This document shows positions 26,283 to 36,652 of a stretch of 64,000 nucleotides of DNA, one piece after another. Made by a program: the position numbers and the translations under genes. Location of the stretch: the NCBI RefSeq assembly GCF_963853765.1, contig NC_088855.1, forward strand, positions 21,700,001 to 21,764,000, in the 5' to 3' direction. How positions within the stretch are numbered: position 1 is the stretch's first letter; each line of letters opens with the position of its first letter. This DNA is from Magallana gigas (lineage: Eukaryota). The notes under the pieces were generated by a model. The model saw only the letters and a list, made by a program, of their open reading frames with translations, was not told the origin of the DNA and searched no databases.

Positions 26283-29200
26283 ATGGATGTTGAAGAAATG
26301 GAAGTGGATGGAACGGAAAATCACAGTTTAAGAAATGATAAAATTCCCAAAACGTTATGTGGACTAGATTTTTGTTTCCATGTTTTCAATAAAATGTATA
26401 TCGATGACATTATCGCTCTGGAAAAGTGTGATGTTATACCAGGTAAACACGTAATCCTTTTCCGAAGATTTATCAGGTTGGGACCACTCTCCCAAATGGG
26501 ATATAATAGCCCGTTTGGGATATAATAACCCAAATGGGATATAAATTTTAAGTGCAAAAAAATATTTTTTTTTATTTTAAAATTTTTGAAATAATTCCGC
26601 ATTAATGTGAATAAAATGCAACAACTTTTGGTTAAGAAGTTTTTCTATATTTCTATAGTTTGTAAGATTGATCCCCAAGAAGTTTTGGATAAACTGAGGG
26701 ATCAATCTCAGTAATAGTACAGCTACAGAAAAAGTTGTTTACCAAAAGTTGTTGTATTTCATCTATTCTAATGCGGATTTATATCAAAAATTTCAAAATG
26801 AATTTTTTTTATTTTTTGCACTTAAAATTTATATCCCATTTGGGCTATTATATCCCAAACGGGCTATTATATCCCATTTGGGAGAGTGGTCCCAACCTGT
26901 TTATCGATTCTCGATTAACATAAATAGGAATTGGGAATTATCTTATTCTTTCATTTTGTTTTACATATGTTAATGTTTTTGGAAAATTTATTTGTGTCTG
27001 CATTCATCATGTCATTAAAAAGGGCCATTTCCAAATATGAATGCTAAAAACATTATTTTTAATGCTATCACAATAGTACTAGGTCTAATGACAATTAAGT
27101 TGACAAAATTGTTTTTCTACAGGAATGTACTGGTATAAAAGGCATCCAATTTACAAAGTTGACATAATGGGAGTGGTGGTGAAAAGGCAAGAAAATGTCC
27201 GTTGTTTCATCTATGCAGGTATATTGTGTTATATATAGTGATGGGAAATCGGAACATTTTCATAATCGATTATCGGATATAATCAAAAGTGTATAATCGA
27301 TTAAATAATCGAAAATTATCAAATTATGTTTAATTGAATGAAACTCTGAACAAAAACTTGCGTCTTGCGTTGTATATACAGTAATATATACTTGTTTCAG
27401 GTCTTTGAAATTATTAAATATAATTTCAAATAAATCAAATATGTTAATAAGATTTATATATTATTACATGTATGCACATACAATCTTATTTACAGCACCT
27501 GGTTAGAATAAAAGAAAACTAGGAATTGTATACCATTTATGGTGACTAGGAAGTTAGGAACAAGTTCAAACTTCAAACAATAAACATAAACAATTTAAAA
27601 TATAACAAATTAATTTGAAATTCAGAGTTCAAATTCTTTTTCAAAAACATTAAACCAAAACAATTTAACATTTAAACATCGTGACTAGAAAGTTTACTAC
27701 TGGCCGAGTCACATGACATACCACTTCAATGTTTCACCAGTACATTTCAAGGTTTTTATTCAAGAAAATGAGCAAGTCAACAATCCAAAATACTTCCACA
27801 CCGTGGATTTAAAGTTTGTATTTGGATATGGAAATATTTCCTGAGTCATGTTATTGTTGGGATCTTCATTAGTGGCATTTGCCTCGTACGTGAGGCTTGC
27901 ACATCGCGCCGCCATTTTGTTTTAACCGATTTTCGTTTTGATGTTTGAATAAAGTCAAGTCGTACGAAGAATTTTCGTAACTTACGTTTGTATAAAAAAA
28001 AAATTTTTAAATAATCGATTATGAAAATCTTAATCGATCATCGACATCGGGAGACATTTAGCGACCGACTTTCGATTGTCGGCGATAATCGGCCCATCAC
28101 TAGTTATATAACTATAATGTGTTTAAAGAACTAAATATTTGTACGATTCTTGAATGTGTGTAAATAAGTATTGTATAGTTCATGGTTTTTTTTTCTTTCT
28201 TTGTTAGTGGATGATGGAACAGGTGTCATCACATGTTGTTGTTGGAAAAGCAGATTACATGAGCAAAGCTCAGAGGGTAATGAAAATATTAAATAAAGCT
28301 CAGGGGGTATTAAAAATATTAGATATTGATCAAGTTGAGCCTTCCTGAAATATATTTTAAAAATATTAATTCACTGGACACCAGGAAGGTATGACCCAGG
28401 ATGGACGAATTGTCGGATCAGATTCAAACTGTCTAAGTGAATGAACTTGCGATTAGAATGTTAACAATTTACACAGCATGGTGTCAATTTGATCAGTTAA
28501 GAAGGTGTTTTTTCCACAGGAGTTTTACATATAGCAACTTGTGATATTTTTAGAAACTGTACATTAGAGTCCTTAAAAAGTAGATCCTTTCCCACCCTAT
28601 ACCTTTGTTTTTGTGGTGCTAGGCAGTTGAGAGTCATTAACTCCCCATGTATAGGACATCCATCCACTGCATGCCAGAACAATTCAGCAGGATGGAGTGT
28701 ACTGAGATGGTGCATAAATGAAGACAAGCCCTCTTCCAATAGCACTCCTACAACATCATGTGCCCCAAAATGGGATATTATCCACTCACCTTTAGGATTC
28801 TGGCCAATTAGCTATGTCAGACTACTGTGTCATTTGTTCCCCTTGTCTTACTCCTATAGTTCTCAAATATTGATAATTCATACTTCATGTCGATAATTTT
28901 TATGGAAAGAAGGAGTTTATTCAAAAATTTACCTGTAACTCACTTTAAGCACCTGTCAATATCAACCCTTTTTATAACAGAAACATACACAGTTTCCTTT
29001 TTGTTCTTTTTTCTGAAGATATAGAAACTACTCTCCAAAGATGTCGAAATCTACCAGAAGTGCTAAGAAAGAAGATGTCAGGTGTTTTGATGTCAGAGGC
29101 CAAGAAGAAGGAGGGATATAGTTTAGGGGACTTAGTTCACATCAGAGGCAAAATCAAGATCTTTCGAGGGGAGCGGGAAGTAGTGGCATCATACCATAGT

Positions 29201-32200
29201 ATCCTTTGTTGTAACTTCAAACCATGTCATATGTGTACATATTAACGAAAGCTTCCCCTTCGAATTTTGCACATCATTATAATTAAAGTACAAGTACAGG
29301 TATCAGCAGTGGATGTGAAAATTAAGTCTTATGAACAAATATCAGACTTGCAGTCTTGAATATGTGACTGCCAAGGGTGATCATTGTGCAAATTTTTAAG
29401 ATATTTGTTAAGTGGAAGCTGGACAAGTCCTTGGGTTTTTTTTTAACAAGTCAATGATGCAGTGTATTTAAATTTTTCTTACATTTCTCGAAGATAAACT
29501 TGAAGATCCCAATATGGAAATAGTTAGAATGTCAGAACTACCCATCTTGTATAGAACTCTCTATGACATGGATACATTACCCAAGAAAGTATTAGAAGAG
29601 CTATCAGAAATGTCTGGTCAAAAGAAAGGAATATGTCATGGCGAGGTTTGTCATACTCTTATTTCAGGAATCTGTAACATCACAAAGCTGTACCATTTTC
29701 AATCAAAGCCTAGTTTATATTTGCACACATCATTTAGGCTATGAATGTCATGTAATTTTAGAAATCAGATTATGGTGCACATATTGTGAGGGTTTTCATC
29801 TTGCTTTTTTTGATAATCAAAACAGATTGTTCCTGAACTGAAGAAAATTTTGGTAACTTTTATTGAAGATCAACAACCAGAGGAGATTAGTGTTGAGCAT
29901 GTTAGTAAAATTCCAGGGGTTACTGTTCTCCTGAAAGAGGTATGTTGGAGGGGTAGGATGCATGAAAGATTTATCAGATTAGATATTGTACATCGTAAAT
30001 CTATTTCATTTTAAAAAGGAGTACAATGTTGTAAGATTTTATAAATGAAAGATTACAACTTCATATGTTTGTAAAAGTTGAGAGACATTTTCATGGCCTC
30101 ACTTGGGGAAAACAAGGGACTGTATCCTAGCAGTTTGTGTGCCTTGTCTCTCTTGAAATAGAGATTCATGTTGATATACTTCACACTGCATGAGGCCGTC
30201 TGAAAATTGATTCTCACCAGTGGAGACAGAAGTTTCAGCACAAATTCAAAGATCACAAGCGGCCAGTAGACCACATGGAATGGAATCCTGTAAGATGAAA
30301 GCTTTAAGTCTCTGCTTTCCAAAAATGGTCTCATGAATTCAAATGAGCTTGTCAATGGGGTGTCGTCTGGTACAAAGAAAGCCTGTCCCCCAATGCTGTT
30401 CTTGGATTTCAGAGCTTTGTCTGCGCATATAAATGCCCAGGCTGTATTCCCAGCATAACACTGTTGAAATAGACTTTTCCCATTGCCGACTTGAACCAGT
30501 GTTCCTTTGTTGCTCAGAGCAGAATGTATTCCATTTGCCACGTAGTAATGGTCCCCTTCACCATACATCACATTAGCCCTCAAAGATATTGTGGCAAGCT
30601 TTCCTCCTTTTAATAAAAATATATTATATAATAATATACGGTTAAGAGATATTACTGATAGTTACTTTAAAAGATTTGTTGACTTAACATTGCCTCTGTC
30701 TAAAAATATTATCTTTAGTTTACAAACATATCAACCAAAAACAGACTGCTGTTTAATCACTATAACAAATGAACAGTAAAGTTTTTTGTGTGAAAAATTG
30801 CAAACATTTGGCAAACTTGAGACGAAATCAAAAGATTCTACATGTTGTAAAGGTATTTGAGATTACAGCTGATTTACAGTATGTGTCTTACCGTTTACAG
30901 TTTGTTTACCGTTGGTCTGTAACACCATGTTCTCCTGCATGTATTTTGTCTCGGGATATCCCGGAAACAGAAATTTATTTGGTTTCTCTGTCGTCTGCTC
31001 ACAACCATTTTCAATGTCGTCAAAGCCGATGACGACATCAACAGTACTACACAGCACCAGCCTTCCAACCCCACACTCCACGCATGCGTCTATTAACTTC
31101 TTTGTTCCTGTTAATTTGAAAACAGAAATTTGTAAAATCGGGAAATCAACTCCTTGACCTAAAAAAAATCTTCGCTAGCCCAGACTTTACGACCCAAAAC
31201 GTTGTAGATGAACAGAGTGGGTAATAAACCCATGGCTAGCGAAGATGCTAAAGAGTAGAATTTCTGCAAACGTTTCTGGCTTGTATAAAATGATGCAGAC
31301 CAGCCGAACGTGTTCGAATTGCTGGCTTCAAAATCAAATAGAACCATTTTGATAAGAGCTTGGACTTTTGGTAGATGTGTCAAACAGCAATGTGACGTAG
31401 GCCTGTCTTTTTATTGCCGGCCACTCAGCCATGGCTCTTTGAAATCAACAAGATTTGTCTGGCGTTTGAGATAAGACTACAGTACGCAATCGGTGCATAT
31501 TTCGCTTGAAACCGCGTCATTTTTAACTTGTTTTGACGCAAGCAGTAGATTGCTACGTCCAACCGAAAATCCAAGGTCTTGTTAAAATGGTTCTAAATGA
31601 GTAGGGATAACATGTACAGTTATACAGTAATAGAGAATTGCAACTTACCATTGACGTTTATTTGAAACATGGCGTCAATGTCTGGCGCCGTTCCAAAACT
31701 GATGAGTCCGGCCACGTGAAACACGCTGGACACTTTCCGACACGCCTTCTCCAGCAACCCACAGTCTGTGACAGAGCCCACGATGCTGGTCAGCGGAACC
31801 TTGTCCTCATACTCTGAAATTAAATCACACTGGGTCATTCTAGACCATTATTTATTTAGTTGTGCACCCAAATTTTTATTACCGGTATTTGTTCCAAAAC
31901 TATTCTAGTGTTGCCGTAACGTTCACGTTTAAGAAAACGAGCGTTAGAAAAAGTGAAATGAGAAAAAAATGGAGCTACTCTTCTTTCTCTTTCTATTTAT
32001 CTTTGAAATAGTCCATATCTTTTGCCCTTTTTCCGTTATATAAAAGATCTGACATAAACTTTTTATAACAAACCTAGTTGCTTGGTGAAGGGTTTCAGAT
32101 CCAGTACGCGTATTTCTTTGACGTAGTCCGTCCTTTCCTGTAAGAGTTTGACGATGTGCTGACCCAGGAACCCTGACCCTCCGGTCACCAAGATTCTCTC

Positions 32201-34166
32201 TGACCTCAGGGTCATCGCCGGTGTTAAAAAAAAATTAAAAATCTGACAGGTGGACTTTCGCTGACAGTTTTTTGATTCTAGAACAAAAAAGTAAAATAAG
32301 ATCAAAGATTTTTGCCACGTCAGGTTTATCTAAAAGGGTACCCCAACCTCCATTTCTTCTATCTTTTTTTTATTTCCAGCATATCAATCCTAGTTTTTAC
32401 TATTAACGTAGAAGATAGTTCATGAATCATAAATTGGAAAGGTAACTCTCCCATAATTTACATCGTTAGAGAATTAAGAATTTGTTTCTTCACCCAGCTT
32501 TATACATTTACGTTATTCATAACGTAACTAACGTGTTTCCCTAAAATGACAATCCACACAAAATTTGAAGTGATATTGATAGCTGTTTATTGTAAGAAAA
32601 TCAAAGACAAATACTCACTCCGTGATGATGTGTTGTTCTGATGCTGTGGCTGTATAGAATAGAACTGACTGCTTTGTATAGAGGAGTTTATTCTGAATTC
32701 TCCTTATGATCAGCATGATCCTGATGATCCTCTTTCGCTTCAAACAAGCCCCTGTATAAATGTGGACACTAGTCACTATTATATTTCTTGTTTAAAAAAA
32801 TCGATGGCTTTAACGGAATCTCCTACTGTGATTCTTGTCAAATGCACCTGCTACGTATAGTCTGTAAGTTTTCAAAGTAAAAAGAAGACTTATTAAATAA
32901 AATACATGTATATTTATGCTTCATATATGTATTTCTAGTCATTTTCAATGCTTTTCAGCTTTATAAATATTTCTGTGATGTTTGCGATGACGCTTGTGTA
33001 ATGATTAATAACAGCGGATTGACAGGGTGTTTCTAGGGAAAGATCATGGAAAGCTCATGGGTTAAATCACGCATACTGGGGTAATACTTAAATACCACGG
33101 TATTGGAATACGTTTTAATTTAACTATGCAAGTGGGAACTTATACTTTTGACATGCTTCAGGGCAATAATGATGATCTTCTATCGAAGTCATTTTGACTA
33201 CTGTGGTTTCATCAATATTCAAGGGTATCAATTTTCGTTGATAAAGTGAAAATCACAGTTTCAAGGATACGTAAATTTGTGGCCAATGCAATACAAAATG
33301 TTAATAAAAATTGCCTTTCAATGAACATTTAATTTCGTGGATCAACTAAACAACGAAATCCACGAAAATTGGTATTCAACGAATATTGATGAAACCACAG
33401 TATATGATTTAGTTGGGAACCAATGATGTCGGACGAACAAGGATCTACTGTATATCCACCATTACACGATTCAACACTTTGGGTTTTTATTTTGCTTTTT
33501 TAAAAACACACTTTCAGATTTATGATGTAGATATGTTAAAATTAGAAAATTCATATTTTTACAGATGAAAACATCGGAGGAAAAGAATACCCAGATACAG
33601 AGCGCGCTGGATGTCTTAGAGGGAGAAGGGCGTGTGTTTACTAAACAGAAGAACCACGTATACGGGGTAATGGCATATACGTATTTTACTTTTATTGTAC
33701 TGGAAATTTTATCGATGGAATTTTATGATGCAACGTTTCAAGGAAATTTTGGATAGAACATTGATAAGCTGATACATTAAGCATTGCTATTTTAGGTGAT
33801 AAACCCTGGATGTTCCATGGAAAGACTCATCATGGATATATTGAAGAGAGATTGTGTTAAAGAGAAATGTCAGTAGTTTTAACCTCTACTTGTTATACTT
33901 ATAAATATCAAGAAATTTAGTTTTAAATTCAAAACTCAACTTATCTGTAAAAGCAGTATTGTGCTAACCCACCGTCTATTCTTTTACACTGTATTACAGT
34001 TCAGAATGAGGGCTGTCATTACTTGCATATCGTGGACGAAGTTCGGAAATCCCCCGACTACAGTGCTATCACAAACTCGTGTGTCCTGACTTGTCTGAAT
34101 AACCTGGAATACCAGAGTGATGTTATAAGAACCTCATTTACTAAATATTTCCTTTGTAAAATATAA
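26283..34166 (+). CDS. STN1: CST complex subunit STN1 (OBFC1), 370 aa
   Basis: Exons 26283-26442, 27123-27218, 28208-28276, 29019-29198, 29494-29645, 29826-29939, 33565-33666, 33796-33868 and 34000-34166 total 1113 nt in frame. OB-fold motifs LCGLDF..F.KMYIDDI, HPIYKVDIMGVVV, VDDGTGVITC, GDLVHIRGKI..FRGEREV and RMSELPILYRTLYD, plus the winged-helix C-terminus GCHYLHI...LEYQSDVI. Confidence 0.93.
26474..26899. mobile_element. Non-autonomous DNA transposon (426 bp) with about 130-bp TIRs and a 5-bp TSD
   Basis: Termini CAGGTTGGGACCACTCTCCC...GGGAGAGTGGTCCCAACCTG. TTTAT flanks both sides (26469-26473 and 26900-26904). Each arm has three tandem 19-bp CCCAAATGGGATATAATAG motifs. Confidence 0.88.
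27236..28102. mobile_element. Non-autonomous hAT-like element (867 bp)
   Basis: TIR TAGTGATGGG...CCCATCACTA, a perfect 8-bp TSD GTTATATA (27228-27235 and 28103-28110), and subterminal AATCGATT-rich repeats. Confidence 0.9.
30053..32215 (-). CDS. 3-beta-hydroxysteroid dehydrogenase/isomerase family extended SDR, 358 aa, nested in STN1 intron 6
   Basis: Exons 32215-32074, 31813-31649, 31107-30892 and 30606-30053 total 1077 nt in frame. Motifs: Rossmann VTGGSGFLG, acidic VLDL (NAD-type), VFHVAG, NVNGT, catalytic YPETK, LR...MYGEGD, YAGNTAWA, GQAFFV.DDTP and LLGYSP. Confidence 0.93.
31168..31246. repeat. Short inverted-repeat mini-element
   Basis: Perfect 13-bp inverted repeat ATCTTCGCTAGCC / GGCTAGCGAAGAT. 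A related degenerate copy lies at about 44873-44932. Confidence 0.6.
33201..33400. mobile_element. TA-flanked MITE (200 bp)
   Basis: Perfect 20-bp TIR CTGTGGTTTCATCAATATTC / GAATATTGATGAAACCACAG with TA on both sides (Tc1/mariner-type TSD). Confidence 0.85.
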
Positions 34167-36652
34167 ATGTCATGTTTTCATCTATCAACATTTTTATTCA
34201 AGTTTTAAATTTTCAAAAAGTGCAATATGTTGTATTTTACCTTCATAAACGTTGCTCATTTTTCACGTGAAAAATTGTCAAGAATACTGTAAGCATATTG
34301 ATGCTCACGACAAAATGTACTGTATTGACATAGTTTGATAATTTATAATCGGGAGAAATTCGATTATTTTGTACCGTTTACTATTGTGTCGTTCGCTGTG
34401 TATTAAGTTTTTAAATGATAAGTTCAGGTCTGTTCATGACATAGCAATCAGTTGGATCAAATTAAAGAACGAGGAATGTCACGAAAGGGTGGGCACATAT
34501 CTCCCTTTGTTGTCTCCATCTGGGCTTGATCAAGATCATAACAATACGGGCGAGGCTCCCAGCCGTTAGCTCAGAGATATCAAGTTCTGTAGAAGGGATC
34601 GTTTGTTTCGCCGCTATGTAACATCGGAACTCTCCAGTGGAAAGTACTATCCAATTGATGTGGAAAATGTCACAAAATAATGCACATGTCATATTTGGTG
34701 CAAAATGTTAACTTTGGTGGTTATCTTGAATATGCTACTATTTTGTACGTAGCGGCTAAGTTTGGGAATCGTGCTTCGTAACCGCTGCGAAGTTGATTAT
34801 AGCCGTGGTACTTAGACGGAATTGTAAAAGGCTACCAAGGATATCGGCCAATGCACGGATGTGCCCTGTTTCAAGAATCTGACGGGAGAGTTCCTCCCTC
34901 GACTGTTTCTCATTCGCGAACCCTAGCATTTACCAATGTCGCTCCAATTTAGTAGCAAAACTAGTATAATTTTGTTACTCGACAAACGGGTGCAATATCA
35001 ATGTCAAGAACGACCTTACTCCCAAATCACGGAAATTATAAGGATTTGTATCTTTATCAGTTAATTTTTTGATATTGCAGAAAAATGTTACTTTTATATA
35101 TCTGTAACATTAAAGAAGCACCAATAGGTTTACATACTGAAAAAATAAATGAGAGAACATTGGATTTTTGTAGAATTTATTAAAAAACATGCATTAACAA
35201 ACATATACTTCATGCAAAAAGTACGTAAAGGGAAAAAAAAATATTAATAATGAAAAAAAGATAAATAGGGCGTGCAGGTTTGTAAAAGAAAAAAAAAGAC
35301 TACTATGTTGTGTGCATTATATGCCTAATTGCTCGTCGTGTGTATCTTTTGGAAAAAAGGGTCCAGTATTAATTCAAAATGGCTAAGACTGAGACAGTGG
35401 CTTGGTGAGATTGTTAAAACTTGAAGAATAACTACTGGAAAGGCACTCATTACTCAGAAAATATATCTGCCATGTGTATATGTCTGTGTCATGGGGCCTC
35501 AGGCGGCTTATAATGCTCAAAACTGCTTATCTATCAGCTTACTTAATGAAAATGTGTATTGCTGAGACAATGTCTATATACCTCATTTTGCATACTAATG
35601 TGCCTATTATCTAGCTCTAATAGAGAAAACGAAAGGTAATGCTAAGGTAAATGAGGTATCATATTCTCTTCTAGTGGCTAATTAAAACTCGTATACATGT
35701 ATATATTGAGACAATATCTTTCAGTTGTACAGAGCGTTAAACTACGAGTACTGCACCAGAGTAATGTGAGGCAGGTTTTCAAGTAAAAGAAGTCTACGGA
35801 AACATTGCATGCAATGGTTAAAAAATCAATCCTATGGATGAGACAAGACGCAGTATCCCAAACAGTGGTACAGTTGTCAAATAGACAGTGAATGGAAATT
35901 GTCTGAGCTGGCACACAAATGTCTGAGATTTTGTCTAACTCGTCGAGCTGTCTCAGAAAGCCAAACACCGTGGCCCACGTGTTCCTGACAGAGACATCTA
36001 ATTTCAATGCTTCAGATACCAAATGTGCGGGAAATTGTCAAACAACTGAAACTGTCTGAGCTGGGACATCGAGCTGTCCCAAAAAGACGAACAGAGTGGT
36101 ACAAGTGTTTCCTGACATGCGATTTTAATGCTTCAGATATCAAATGTCCCGGATATTGTCTCACTCGCTGATTTACACACCCAGAAAGCCTGCAAACTAC
36201 GTAATGTAAATGTCCCTGACACGGACATGCAATGTCTGCAGTGGACCCAGTCCACCTCAAAGATAGTTACACACGGTTGGTCATTTAAACATAAGCTTGT
36301 TGATTTCCTTAGAAGCTACCAAAACCATGCATTGGTACAGTGTCCTTTAGTTCCTTGCCAAATGTCACCTATAAACCCTGTAAAAAGAACATTTTTTTAT
36401 TTCATTCGACTGCAATTCTAACAATTTTAGTTCGCCGCAAAAAAAATAGATTTTTTTTTTAGGTATAAACCACTTTATTTTTATCATTTTATTAACAAAA
36501 TTATTTAGCTGAACGTAAGTGTACACAATCGAACAGTATTATATAATTGCTATAATATACCAGAGAGCCGTTTGATTATATGTATAGGATGCCATTATTA
36601 TATCAATAAATTTTACTGATTTTGATACATACCTACAAGTTCCTGGCCCCTT

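Noticed and set aside
28500-28900. GVRQG peptide on the minus strand suggesting a LINE reverse transcriptase fragment
   Set aside because: An isolated pentapeptide followed by a stop, with no other RT motifs.
32620-32700. Possible C/D-box snoRNA (GTGATGA ... CTGA) in STN1 intron 6
   Set aside because: No terminal stem, ambiguous box spacing and no recognisable rRNA-complementary guide.
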